From Balanoglossus misakiensis (lineage: Eukaryota; Animalia; Hemichordata): 64,000 nucleotides of DNA. Both the position numbers and the translations under genes were made by a program. Each line of letters begins with the position of its first letter. The stretch's first letter is position 1. The notes beneath the pieces were generated by a model. It worked only from the letters and a program-made list of their open reading frames with translations, was not told where the DNA came from and made no database searches. The stretch covers positions 13,757,337 through 13,821,336 of the forward strand of contig CM082584.2 in assembly GCA_040954595.2 (NCBI GenBank). Reading direction: 5' to 3'. Below are positions 27,641 through 41,851 of the stretch, in pieces.

Positions 27641-30600
27641 TTAATGATTTTTTTTTACAATACACCGTCATCTGGGCAGGATCATGGTTATATACACACG
27701 TGGATAGGAGCTCTCCTTGAATACTGTTGACTTTTACCCCATACCTTGAAGGTGAGCATCTGGAGAGTATAGCTCTAAGTGGGTTTGTGTCTGCAACTAT
27801 TTAGATGGAGTCAGCTTGACTGTTCGTTTTTTCTCTCGTTCGCATGTTTGTATACATTAGAGGCAGGTCCTTCACCTTAGAGGCTGTTTCTACTTCCACG
27901 TATGTGTAGATGAGTATACGTCTTCTGTGGACTCGCATTTTTATATTTTTTTATATTTGTTAAACTTATTGATGGAATTTTGTGGTTTGCAGCAGCAATT
28001 TGTGTGTGTTACTTTGTTTTCCCCCTTTTCTGGTCGGTGTTATAATATGTTTTATTAAGCAAGAAGCATGTACAAAAACACTTAACTTGCGGTACAAAAA
28101 ATGTAGTTGGAGCAGTTCTTCTAATGGTAAACAGAGCAAGCTCAAGTCTGTCTGCGTCATGCATCGTAAGCCAGTTATCATTGATGAAGTCACATTCTGT
28201 CGTTACTTATTCTTAGCCTTTTAATCACCAATTTTCACATCTCAGAGCAGTTCGGAAATGAGTCACGACCCTTGGATGACGAGTTGCACCAACTGACATG
28301 TGATTGACCGATAATGAATTTTTAGTTTATAATAACAAGTAACAGAAATGTCAATTAAGATGTTTGTGTGTCACATTTAGCAGGTATAAGATAAATACTG
28401 TCCTGCAGATTGCAATATCTGAATATATTCAGATTTTTTTCAAGTAGCTTCAGTCAGAAGCCAGTCAGCTAAACCATATGATTCGAAATGTGCATATTTA
28501 CTTCTGAAAAGTACTGATGAAAGTGAAAATCTATTAAAATCAGTATCGTTGTTTGCTTCTATCCTATTTGCCCGAATATATAGCATAAATTGTCACAAAC
28601 CATTTCAGAATGTCATTGGTTTATATGGGACTTAGTGGTGTGATGCGTGAGAATTAAAGAAAACAATATTTTTGAATGAACAAACACGGTTGAAGTTGAG
28701 ATATAGAGCATCACAGGGATCACCACACCGCACCAGGACACATGGCGTGTGATTGTGACATTGTGTCATGCATGCCAGGTGATGAAAGGTTGAAAACATT
28801 GAGACTAGGCTCACAAAGATGTAGAGGACAACTCATAGTTTAATAGTTGTGAAATTTTAAAGAAACTATCAATTGCGGGCAGATGAAATAGAGTATTGGT
28901 GTAGTGAATGAAAGTTAGGACATTATCCTGACAGTAGCGATTGCATGAATCCTTCTTGTGGATTCCACTTGAAAAGGCTGTCCCGGTTTTGACCAGGGGC
29001 ATAAAGGTATTTGCCTTTGACGAGGTAACAGCTCAATTATTTTCATATTTCATGCAGAGAGTGAATTTGAATTGGTTACCCAGAATGCACTGTTGTATTT
29101 TTTTCTTCTTAGATGCCTGTGAACTTAGATTAGTCCTCAGGGTACAGGAATTCAGAAGAATGAGTATTGTATGGATTTCAATAAGTTGTGAAGTCCTGCT
29201 CACTTGGTGATCTTATTTTTTTAGGGGCACAGTATTGAAAAATCAAGATGAAACTGTAAAATTTTTTAATTGGTTTTGGATAACCTGGAAAATATCTGTG
29301 GATAGCCTAAAGTTACTGTAATGATTGATGGAACTACATTTTTTACATGTGGTACCGGGGTGTTCTAATGGAGGGTGTTTTGATCTAGTTATCAAATGAA
29401 AGATGTCAGGGTATGAAGAAAAAAATCACAGGTCGACACCGCCTGGAAAGTATCTGAGTATCCAGATGTATGTATTATTATCAGGCATTCCTGTTTGTTG
29501 TAGCAAATGCGTATAGATTGATCCAAAAGTACATCTCGGAGAAAATCCATGATTGCATCAGATCAATTAATGTCGACCAGAGAGCAGGCTGAAGTGTTGA
29601 TCACAAGTGCATGTGGGTTGTCAAAGCAAAGGTTTCCTTGAATAAAAAATTACATTCGCTGGAATTCAGGCAGATTTTTCCGGGACAATAACAGCACCTG
29701 CAATACATGTATTGGTTGTGGTAGCTATTTACGCAACATTTCATCATGCTTATATGGAGTTGAACAAGAAAGCGCAGTTGGCACACTGAATGGAAAGTGC
29801 TGGCAAAATCCACAGGTTAAAGCTTAATGGAGCTTTAATAGAAAACAAAATCCACACAGATTCTTCTGTCTCAAATGCCAAGCGTCTATTGTGGTTCACA
29901 ATAAATTACAGCATGGCATCCTTTCACTGCAGCAGTCCATGTTACCGATTCGCTCATGCTTGACGGTATTACCGGCAGTTTCAACTGCTGCTGCATGAAC
30001 CTGGTATCACTGAGTGGCGCCACCGTGGTTTATTGCCGACATGTTCCTCCACCGCAACTCCTGGGGTACACTGCGCTTCATTACCGACTGAGATTCCCTC
30101 TTCCGAGGATCTTGTCCTCAGGATAATTGTGGCTGGTGTACCAGTCTCCATGTTCCGAAACCCTGCCGTCTGTGTGGTGACCTGACATTGATTTCTTCAT
30201 TGCCACTTGTCATATCAGGGATTCTCTCTTGCCAAAAATAATCCTAACTGAGCCTGTGCTAATGTTTGTTTTTTGACAGAAAATTGTCTCTGCAGAGATG
30301 TACTTTTCTATGCACATATAAAATTTTTACGGACTGCTGATGTCTCAAAGTGTTTATGATAAAACAGATTTTCTGGCAAGTTTCATAGTTTTATCTCAGT
30401 ATATGTTAGTCTGGCATGACTTTTCAGCTGACATGACATGCAATTAACCCTAGGGGATGCTCCAGATTCATGATTTACTCATACATGTACATGTACGGTC
30501 ATGTGAGTCAAGGTAACCTCCACAAAAATCAGTAATTGACTCAAGAAGACCAAAGTCAGTTGCTTGTCCAGTTCTCTCTCTGCTGCTATTCTTCTAATTA

Positions 30601-33600
30601 TGAAGTTTTGATCGTAAAAGTTCCATGTTCCAAGATTTTTAAACGTAGATAATAACATTTCATTTTCCAGAGAAGTAGTTTCTTTCCATTTGGCATTTTA
30701 TGACACTCATTAAAAGGGCTAAGGTGAAGGTTATTGAGATCATAAATTTATATAAAGAATCATCTTAATTGTACTACTTCCAAGTTCCAGTTATTTTTTT
30801 ATGACATCAGGAAGAAATGAAGAAAATCGGTGATGATGATTGTACAAAGTGGAGGCCATGATCTGGGAATTTTTTGACTCTATATTCATGTGTGCCTCCC
30901 AAGTCAACTTACTGGTTATGCCACATTTTAAGTTGGACAACTGTGAAAATTTATAAGGCTGTCCCCATGACTAGAGAAGATGCAATCTTTTACATTACAG
31001 CAATTCACTTTGTGCCATCATAAAAAAAAAAATTACACATTTCTAGATTCATACATGTAGAACGTGTGCACATGTTAACTACTAAAATGTAAAATAGCTG
31101 ACAGCCAGATATTGTAAATTGTGCTTCTTACGATGCATCTCTGAGATATAAACCCCAAGCAATGAATCAGGGAATAATTCTCAAAATTAAATTTGCCAAA
31201 AGCTACAATAAAAAAATATGATTAGATTTTAGATCTTGTGAAGTGAAGTAGCGAAAGTGAGACGCGAGTGGGTGACGATGAAGGGGGAGAAAAGAAATTT
31301 GGGAATTTTGAGCCAAGTGTGAAGTATATTGCTGTAGTCAATTTTGCGAGGTTCTTGTGTTCTATTTCATTTTGTTTACAGAATGTGCGCGTGGTGCTTT
31401 CATCTCATTCTCATCAGATGTAGTTTCAGATGAGAGTACGGCAGTTTGATACACCGGCTTACAGTGGTTCTTGTGGGCACCATGTTGAGCAATCTAGAGG
31501 AGTGTTTCTGCTCAATTTCTTTGATCATCCAGTTGGAAAATCCATTTTGTTCATGAAAATGTAATTGGATTCTGAAGACCTCTCTTTCTCTCATCCCTCC
31601 CCCCCCCCCTTCCAGAGCTGACGGCAGTCTTGTGCTCTGAAAGCCAAAGGTCTAGGTGATTTTGCTTAGCCCTGCGAGTGCCCTTGCTGTTTTGGTGCGT
31701 AAAGCCACTTTTTGAGTGTGTGTTTCAGAAACTTATTACCGAAGAAAGGTGTGGACCAATCAAAATATTGACTTCTCCAAAAACCGGGGTCAAAAGGTCC
31801 TGCACACTTGGTGAAAACACGCAGAGATATTAGTAAAAAACCAACGGTTGCAAAGCTAATTACGAAGTCTTTCAAGGCTGCTGTTACTGTATTATTTTTA
31901 TAAGCTGCCCTGCAGTCAGAGTTTTAGAAAATGGCTGGCAGCTATGTTTATCTGAGTCTGTAATAATGTCTAAATTATGATGTTTGGGTGATTATCACTC
32001 AGGCTGCACCACACTAGATGAAAGAGGTCAGCATTTATTTAAGACTGAAGGTTTTGTACATGTAGGACTCCGTTGGGAAACTGACTGAGCGCGGTGGATA
32101 ATAAGATAAAATGGGTAGAGCCGCAATCAACATGTAGGTCAAATCTGTCCTTGCTAAAACGATCTAAAATTTATAAAAAAATAGTTGTTTGCTGTATTCT
32201 GAGATGCTGCTGACTGTTCTGTTCTTTTCTATAGTTTGGCTTAGTTCAATGGGATTCAGTAATCAACATCTCTGTGGGATTTCCGGAGGGGAGAGTTTTT
32301 ATCGCTTCAGACTAGCCACCTTTGGGCGTGTATGGGTCATAAAGTTTTGATAAAACACTTTCCAACGTAATGTTTTTAGTGCACAGCAAAAAACGTGGGT
32401 CGTACACGCAACAGCACTGATCAGTAACTCTGATTTTTAGCTTAAGTCTTTGCAGTCTTGACAAATTCAATTTGCAAGTGAAATTTTTATGTTGATGCCC
32501 AGCTGTGAGCTGCTGATGTTTGAAGTATGGTATTTTTACTGTTATAGCCATTGAGGAGTACTGTACACTATTGATTTGTATTGTTGAGAGCGTTTTACAC
32601 AAAAAATGATTAATCTGCTCATGACCACCACTTGTTTCGCATTCATCTTTGCAGTGAACCAATCATCTTCCACCGGTTGATCACATGACCCACTTATTCT
32701 AATAAAAGAGAAATCAGCTTTTTTTCCCCCTTTTGCCAACTCTTCTAATGAGCCAAACACCACTTAAGTGTAGTTTGTTTTTTTCCTGTTGAATTGGAAT
32801 CCTTGAAAAAAAAAGTTGAATAGATTCAGGACGTCCGCTGTAGGCAATTATGCATACATCCTGCGTAAAATAGCATTTTCACAATACTGGATCGTAAAAA
32901 CTATTTTTCGCACAGCCTTTACTTAGCATTGGTGATTTGAATCATTATGTCTGTATTCTGTATGTGTAATAACATTCCCAGGAAAAATCCTCTGTGTTTC
33001 TAAAAACTTGGCCGTGTTTACTTTAGCACCTTAAATCAAAGTGATTTCCGATCTGCCCGCTCGGGAGGAAAAAATTACACTTTACAGTAATCAGAGTCTG
33101 TTCTATTCCAGCATGTGTATGAATTTTTTTTTCTTTGATAATAAATGTTTATTTTCTTCTGATTTCCACTGAATATTTCACTGAAAAAGAGAGACAAGAT
33201 ATCTACCACTATACCTGTCTTTCATGACTACAACATTTAGTTTTAATTGTGTGGAGAAACATGTATGTATAATTTGCCTTGTGTCATTTAATCAATCATC
33301 ATACATGAGATTTAAACCTAGAAACCAAGATTGAAATATGTCATCTGGAAAAATTGCTTTTTTTTCTGTTGCCAAAAATAGCTGTTTTACAGTAGTAAAT
33401 TGGTGTAGATTTTCACAGTTGACGTGTATGGTGTGGGTTAAAAGTGTCAGAGATTGCAGAGAAAATTATAGTAATCAGTTTAGACAGAAAGTGTGTTTGT
33501 TGTATGCAGGAACAGTGGGTTTGCCTCCAACAAAGTTACATTGCGTGCTTCATGAAAACCTACACTTGTTTTTCGATCGATTGCCTTTCCATACTGTGAT

Positions 33601-35812
33601 AATTATCCGATGTAGCGGTGCATGATTTCAGTTGTCAGAATGTGGAGATATCGAGGAAGCAGGTCATCGAGGGGGAGAAAAAATCATACTAAGAGAAAGG
33701 GGTAAAAAGAGTAAAATGGAATGACCGAGGCGGCGTGATAAGGGTTCTGTTTATTCAGCCGATAAAGCGGGATGAAAACAACCGCTTTTAGAATTTGCAC
33801 GTAAGCTGTGTTTTTGTGGTTCATTGAGTTTTACTGACTTATTCGGTGAGTGCAGGCTACACTGTAAAGGCATTGTGCCATGATCAATAAAAAAAAAGAA
33901 ATCATAAATTTGATAAACTGTATAGATTATTAATAATTGTACACCTAGCCGCGGCATCAATCACACACGTAGATCAACCACTGCAGATATTTTCGCTTCT
34001 AACAAAAGGTGGCAGAAAGTAATTTCAGTAGCGGTCACCGCTAAACCGGGCAAGACAACAGGGGTTGAACACTCGGGAGATTTGGCTGTATTCCCCAGTG
34101 CTTGGTGAGTCATTGATGAATTATTGTTGAACAACCTAAACCTTACTGAGGAGGCTAATTTTCCCCGTGTTGTCCTTCTTTTTAACCTGCTCGGGCACAA
34201 AGTATGACAGCCGTATCAGGGGGTGAGATGTTGCCATCAATGACCAAGCAGAAATGGAGCGCAAGCAGCCGAAGGAGGTATCTTGGTTTTTTATCCTGGT
34301 TGAAACTATTTACTGAATAACTTTCTGGCATCATGTGTTCTGGTAAAACTCTGTGGCAGAGTTGATATGCAGCATCTTCTTTGCTTTGCATCAACTTCAC
34401 TCGTTTCCACAGCAATGGCACTTGGTCCAGTCTTTTGGCTTGTTCACTCAGATTGCTAATTTTTGGCACAAAATCCCTTCCAGTCCAAAGTGTATTTGTT
34501 CAACATTATTTTAAAAACAAACAGGAGAATGAAATGTAGCCATTTCATAAAAAAGCACATCCAAAAGAGGGCACTGTGTCATAAGTATACAAATTAATCG
34601 TGTCTTTCTATTTTTTTACAATTTCATATTTAATAATTAATCATTTTAATACTTTTACAATTTTCAGTCTTGTCGGTTGTACAGATATTTGTTTTATGTT
34701 TATTTTGTGATCTCATTCAATATTTCGCCTACGTCATGTTTCCTGATGACTGCAATTTGGCATAGCAGTGTTCTGAGAAAGCTCTTTGCTCTCGGTTGAC
34801 TTTGCCATGGCATTGACTCGTCTTCACAAAGCAGCCTTTATATGTCTCTGACAAGCAAATATATTAAGCAGGCCATTTGCCAAAGATGTCCAAACACTGG
34901 GCCCTCCCTAATTACACTGCACACTTCCTGATCTCCCTGCACATAAAATTGCTATATACATTCTGTCGATTCAGTGCCATTGTTAGGTTGTGTACATACG
35001 TTTCTGACATATTACATCAAAGAAAAATAAAAAGTGCCGTTTTAAGAGCGTATGAAAGGAAGATTGTTGTATTTGTGTAGGTATGTGTGTGTGTGAGTGG
35101 TAACCTGCCATCTGGAGGACTTTTCTGTTAGTCTAAAACTGTTTCAGTAAATACTCCTTGGTTGTATTTGCAAACATTTTACATTGCAGGGACGTTCCTA
35201 TGCTTTGCAATAGCCTCAGGGGCAAAATTTCCCCAGATTTGTAAAAGATGAATGCATTGACTGTGCAGCAAACCCCTGTAATTTGCTATATGTAGCCCAT
35301 TCATAGATCATTCCTTTCTGTATCTTCACTTTTATTGCATTTGGGAAATCTGATTTGCCCAGGCAAACTGACTAGGCTTTTTTTCCGGCATACAAACCTC
35401 GCACAAGCTTGCCTGTGCCAGCTTCCTCTCCCATTGTGGCACTGTCGGGAGTGATTGGAGCCACGGCATCGCAATGTTTTGATTGCTGCCAATGATGTGG
35501 CAGTTATCCGGTGATTTACATGACAGCAGGCTGGTATCGTTTATCGGAGGTTGGCATCATTTATCGCGTACCTGCCTCAGCTTTTGAAGGTAGGGATTTA
35601 TACTTTATGAATGTTGTACCAGGCTCTCAGCGTGATAGTATTTCCTTCCCTGTGTGTGCATGATAATGACCTGAGTATACACCTAACTTGCCCTTGTCAG
35701 TTAAATTACAGTCATTCAGGGAAAAGAGGTCACTTTACTTTCAGTCCAATTCGCTTGTATCATGTGTACTAGCACATTTATTTTTCCATCAGTGCAGTAT
35801 AAGCTACCTTTT

Positions 35813-36119
35813 AGGGACAAAGTCGCCCACTTTTGACACTATTTCACTAATTTTGCTTTCTGTTGATAGCTAAATTTATATCGTTCAGCTCACTGAATTA
35901 TGCTTAATCATTTAATGACCAGTTTGACTCACAGTCACACCCAGTATATATACTACGAGACAATTTTTGGTCCTGACCAAAAATTAAATGATCAGTATTC
36001 ATATCCATTACTGATATGTAGGTTGTGAGTTTGGCTGTATGAGCTGAACAATTTAGATAATCTATCAAGTGAAACTAAAATAACCGTAATATTGTGAAAA
36101 AGTGGGCGACTTTGTCCCA
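35813..36119. mobile_element. ~307-bp Kolobok/T2-type MITE with ~80-bp imperfect TIRs
   Basis: GGGACAAAGTCGCCCACTTTT (from 35814) is perfectly inverted at AAAAGTGGGCGACTTTGTCCC (ending 36118), and similarity continues inward to gttcagctc/gagctgaac. Right flank is TTAA (36120-36123); left flank is TTTT (decayed TSD). A central hairpin aatttttggtc-ct-gaccaaaaatt is present. Confidence 0.8.
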
Positions 36120-38382
36120 TTAAAGGCAGACGGTCGTCTTGTGTGCATGTCCATAATTTCGTATGTACAAACATTAGTCCAATTTCATGTTCTGCAAATT
36201 TTGCGTTCGACGCATTCACATAGTGGACTGCCTTTGCTTCCTTCCATATTTCAGTTGTCCCTTCTTTCACCCAATTTGCTGTCTTTTCCAGATCTCCGAC
36301 ACAGACTATGGTCGCCGCCATCTTGTCTGTTGTTAGGACAGCACACAGCTTTATGTCATTGAGTGTATACTATTTTTGTAACCAGCGTCTCTGGTTTGGC
36401 ACATGCGCATGAAAGATACAACAATATGTTCAAACGTAAATCAGCAATTCTGCCGCAGCTGGCTCAGAATTATCTCAGATGGTATCAGTTGTAAATCCTA
36501 GCCTACAGCAAAATCGATGTGATGTAAGACTTTGATCTCAAGTGGAAAGTCATCTTCAGCACCTTGCAAATCACAAAATCTTTGTTAGTGAGTGTTGCCA
36601 TGGTTTCTGTGATCTCCCCAGAACAATGGGATTAATTTGAATTTGAACACTTCCCCGCCAGGCTTGTCATTTTTAAGACACCTGATTTGGAATAAGAAAT
36701 GATGGCTGCCAGAAAGCTTGTGTTACGCTTGAGTCACTTTATGTCTCCCATCTCATACGCACACAAACTTCAGTCTGGATAGTAATATTTAAAAGGAATA
36801 TTGTGCCGTATTGCTCAGTATAAATACAGCGCTGATGCAGTATTGGAATGCAAGTACTGCTATATGTTGTGTTTGTTGCTATGGTGATTTTATCTAAATA
36901 TTATTCTGATTGGACATTGATCCGTAATAAGTTTTATATGTTTTCAGTGTCATTTTGATATGTATGAACTGTTAAAAGTTTGTTGCTATAAGCAGGTTGG
37001 GGAATAAAATTACAGTAAGCAGACACTGGTTTATAAAACCTCATCCGTTCGCGCATATAGTTAATATCAGTGATGCATCATACACTGACATTGGGGAAAG
37101 ATTCATATTCTGTAATCACCGCATAAACAAATATGCAATTGTAGACTGCAGATAAACCCTGCCAGCTTTTGTGTAATTTTGTGTCTTCGGGGTAAGATTA
37201 CACAGTTTTCATCAATCTTAAACAGCCCATTTCAAACTGTCAGTTTGGAGTATTACATCTCTGGCGTTTATCCCCCAAATGAAGACAAAATGTAATCCAT
37301 TTCACTTCTACAGGCTCACCAGGTCTCTTTGTGATGTGCGTAAAATCTATGCACGAGTTGTCATCTGAAAAATGTCTGCGCTCCAGAGATGTAAACATGG
37401 CTTTAAAAGTATATCGCGAAATGGCAGAGATGAATATGAGGATCATACAATATTGAGGAGGAGTTGGGGAATTTCGTATGGAATTTATAAACATAGATGC
37501 ATCAAACTTCCATCGCACTAGTCCACTGTTTTTGTACTATAATGAGTCGAATGTATTTGGCTTTGTTTTTATCTTGAATACAGTATTGATAAGAATTTTG
37601 ATGGAAAAATGACAGGGGACTGGATCACTTTGTAGTTTAATGATGGATTGCAAAGTCTCTTCTGCTTTCATTGAAGATGCATCTTCTGTCTTAGGATTTA
37701 GGGAGGATAGGTAGCTGCATTTAAGGCCCAGAAGAAATAGGGGACAGTAGATTATGTGTTTATGTTTGTTTTTTGTTTTGGAGACTTGTACCCGATTACA
37801 GTTTATTATTGTCATTGGATGTTGATATGTATGTGTTAGTCACAGAGATCATGCACATTCTTTTATCTTCTTTTCAAATTGGCTCTCAGTAAAGCCTTTT
37901 TCATTCTCACTTTTCCTCAAAGTCTGTCAATTTAGTTCACAAATAGAATCAATTGAACAAGAACCCACCGAAGTGATTGTTGACAGTTCCTCCATAATTA
38001 CTTTCCTTCCTTCGCAACAAGTTTGAGAAAACTACTTGTAACAGCTATATCAAAGAAACATATTACATCTTGAAATGGCATATAAATCACACACTTGCCA
38101 GTCTATTAGAAGTAGGTTTCCGTGCTCAAAAGACAATATTTTGTCTCCCAGGTAAATTTGACTGGAATTAAAAAAACGGGTCTATGTGCTCCCTTGGGCC
38201 ATATCAAAGCCAGCAGGGTAATATTGCTATCATAATTCTTTCTGTGCTTGCATGTTTGAAAGATGATACTCAGTTGTAATGTGTGTTTTCTATGACCGGA
38301 CACCTGTAACTTCCGTCTTCAAATGTCCGCGTGTCTGTTTCCTCCATGAATCTTAACCATGACATCTGCAGGGATATGGGAA

Positions 38383-38399
38383 GGGGGGGGGGGGGGGGG
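38383..38399 (+). repeat. poly-G tract (G17)
   Basis: Direct reading of the sequence. Confidence 0.95.
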
Positions 38400-38567
38400 C
38401 GGACGTGTACTTGACGCATTTGGGAGTGTCTGCTCTTGTCAACAAAGTCATCTCGGCCGAGGCGCGTGAAGCCATTTTCACATTCAGCTAGAAGATTGAT
38501 GGCCAAATGTGACTCATTTCCAGAGCTGACATTTTCACGCGCAAATACATCAGAGTTTGTGATGGCA

Positions 38568-38608
38568 AGAGAGAGAGAGAGAGAGAGAGAGAGCAAGAGA
38601 GAGAGAGA
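38568..38608 (+). repeat. (GA)n microsatellite, one interruption
   Basis: Direct reading of the sequence. Confidence 0.95.
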
Positions 38609-39351
38609 TAAAGACAAGATCTCGGCATAATGTGTCCCAGTGGTGACATAAAATAAATGGAAAACTCTGTTCTGTTTTCTTCTAAATACGTGTTTGTCTT
38701 GCCACCTTTGGGCTACTTGAAGAAACGACATTCTATTTTTGTGGCTGGCACAGACTTCAATTTTCTGTTCATGGAGATTTACAAAATAAAGTGGTATGTT
38801 AAAGTTCACTCAGTGTTTTCATGTGCTACAGTAGTTGTAACTCGCTTTTCTTGCTACTGATGTCGTTGTCTTGGGAATACTATATACTCTGTAGCCTGAC
38901 AGAATAAATGTTTGAAAAGCATGAATTAAGTGATTTAACCTGTTGAATGACTACTTTTAACAATTTAAATCCGTGGTTGACGTCTCATGCTTTAGTAATG
39001 TATCTGGAGTACTTTGTAAAACTTTCATTCCTGACGTCTTCTGTTAATTGGTTGTTGAATATATAGATTTTTGATAGGCTGTAGAACAGTTTTGTGGACA
39101 ATATTTGTTTTGTTGCTGTGACTAAGCCATATTGTTCGCATTGCATTGAATTAGAATTGTTGCAATGGAGTGTTGGGACACCTGAGAACGATGGGAATGG
39201 GAGTTTTGTTGTTTGAACCTTTCGTATTCACTTTTGCTGCATAGTATTTAGATCCATCCTCCCCATTGCGAACAATGGGACTGAACCATTTACTTCTGCG
39301 GAATGGGTGAAGCCAGCCATGAAAAAACCCAACATAATATGGCAATGACAA

Positions 39352-39368
39352 CCCCCCCCCCCCCCCCC
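39352..39368 (+). repeat. poly-C tract (C17)
   Basis: Direct reading of the sequence. Confidence 0.95.
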
Positions 39369-41811
39369 ACCTCTAGTTTTGATGTGAAGGGTTTTGTGTA
39401 CAGCTTTCGAACAGAAGAAGGATGCTGTTCAGGTCTCAGAGAAGGTCATACTGCCTTCTAACTGATACAAGAAAGATAAAGTTTTCAGCATGTTCATGTC
39501 CCAGTGCGAGAAAAAGTGCGACAAACACCAGGATTAGGAAACCTCACATCCCCGAAGAAAAAAAAACTGGCACAAATTATATTGTCCTAAAGTGTGAAAT
39601 ATAACCTGGTGTAGCCATCCATTTTAATCTCCTGACAAAGTCGGGAGAAAAAAGCTCTTCACAACTTGAATCCATTCTCACGTCTTTTCAGGGAAAATTT
39701 TGTTTTTAACCTTTTAATGTTTTGTAATGGATGAGCTTGGAGAGACATAATGAATAAATGATTATCCCTCTCAGGTGCTAGCCAATTCCCTAGTGGAACA
39801 TCAAGACAGTTCCTAGGCTATTATTTTCTAAATCTGATCTTTAAAAGGCTATAAGAGGGAATAGCCAGATGATGTGGCTCAGACAGAGGAGAATTTTACA
39901 CAGTGGAGTAATCACGTGAAATAACATCATTTTGATGAGCTTAGTTAAAAGTCCCCTAAGCAGTGCTGCATGAATCTTAATCCGATCTTCGTTGCTCTTT
40001 TCATAGTTTTTTTTTTTTTACGCAGCATTGATAGTGTGAAACTGTCTGTGAATGTGACAAGCAGTTTGGTACTCTCATGGTGTCAGATTATTGGCTGCTA
40101 GCTGCATGAATGTGTTTGTGTGTTCATCTGTGCTTAATTTTCCATTTGAGCTTTTTCCAGACCGAGTGTAAACGAGGCTTGACTGGTTTTCTGCAAGGTC
40201 TGTATTTCAAGATCATACCTGGAGGTCGCCATGTTTGGTTTGACCGAGGCATTATTTCAGTTTGTCTTGAATGATATACAATTTTTACAGTTCATCTACC
40301 TTTCAAGAATTTAATTTATTCATTTTTATCAATATACCTGTGTTGTGTGTTCATGTGATATACTGAGACAGTGTGTAGCTGTTACTGAAAAACATAAAAG
40401 ATACATTTTAAGCCACTTATTGTGTTTTCACGGGGATTTCCTGATCATGACACTCTCGCCTTGACCACCTGTGATAGGGTATCATAAAAGTGAAATTTAT
40501 GCATTAGTAATGATTAGAAGTAATTTGCATACTAAACATGCATTTGTCACGGCATAGCTCCTGATGCTTTGAGGACATACATTTGGTACTTGCCAAGTAC
40601 TGGCCAAAGGATCTAGGAGCACTTTCTTTAATTCACCAACATTTTTTCACTACTGCAGTGCATGCTGGGAAGTGTGAAATTTGATTTCTCAATAAACTCA
40701 GGTTAAAAGGACAGTGGCAAATATTCAAGAAGCATTCTGCCAAAGTGTAACCTACATTGTATGGAACTTTCTCAGAAAATAACACATTGCTTGGTTTTCG
40801 TATCGAGTAAAACAACTGTCAGAGAATAATTTCACTTACCCGGTAATAGATATTCGTGAAAATTCTGACATCTGCAGAAATGAGCATATGGTTTTGTTGG
40901 ATTGTTTGATGAAATGATCCAGGAGAGATGACAAATGAATAAGCCTAGGCGATATGTATTACCCAGCTCATGAGTGATGGTGAAAATTGGCCAGTACACG
41001 GAGTATGATACACACCCCATACCGAGCCACTTCAAAGTTCCATTAACAGGGCATAGGAAAGTAATATTTTATATTCCATTTTCACAGACATGGGCTACGT
41101 GATGTTTGGTGCACACACTTCATTGTTTACTGAAAAATACTCCTGAATTTCCTTGCCTCCTCCCCCTCCACAATCAAATTAAATTTTCTGATCACCATTG
41201 ACTGTTAATCGAATGCAAATCCCTCGGTGAGGGGGATTCAGGTGTCAAAACGAAGTGGGGAAACGAAACAAGGAAAAAGTTAAATTAGTGCCTTTAAAAA
41301 TGTATGTGTTCCTGGATTGCTCTCAATTTCCCTGACGTAAATTTGAATAACAAGGCAATGGTTGTTATCAGGCTTGTACAATGGGCTTGACTAGGGCGAT
41401 TAAAATGCATTATATGTTAAATGGGAGGTAGCAATTCAGTCAGGCTTGTTTTCTGCCCGTCTTAACAAGCCGGTTGATCTGAATGGGAGCCTATCAAGAT
41501 CAGGATGAAAAACACCGTTGTTGTAATGCATTATTAAAGGCAGTCGTAATTGGAGAGTGAGTCAGCCTCGCGAATTGACACCCAAATTTCTTGCCAACAA
41601 TTAAGAGTCACGCATATCACCAGTGCATGTTCTACCGAAAGCGTAAAGTGATTTTATCAGCTACACACCGGATATCTCACGTTTGGCAGAGAAGGGGAGA
41701 TTTAATCGCATTTCACACCTGACTGTCTCAGTTTTGTTTTTCTTCTTTTTTTTTCTAGTCAGCTAGAAGTGTGTCCATGACATTTCCTCATGGGCAGCTT
41801 CATTTTGTTTT

Positions 41812-41851
41812 CAAGATGGCGGCACCGAGTACGTGAAAACTGTCCAATCAG
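41812..41851 (+). promoter_or_regulatory. YY1 consensus site CAAGATGGCGGC with adjacent CCAATCAG box
   Basis: CAAGATGGCGGC at 41812-41823 and CCAAT at 41844-41848, about 2.4 kb upstream of the first coding exon; motif evidence only. Confidence 0.3.

Noticed and set aside
29910-30190. GC-richer segment with a 56-aa minus-strand frame (METGTPATII...)
   Set aside because: No homology recognised and no convincing acceptor/donor pair.
36880-37075. Possible decayed repeat (ttctgattgg ... gttgctataagc ... tttataaaacctcatccgttcgcgc)
   Set aside because: No ends or second copy definable by eye; needs repeat masking.
38270-38809. 179-aa minus-strand ORF with LSLSLS and PPPPP runs
   Set aside because: The runs are translations of the (GA)n and poly-G tracts.
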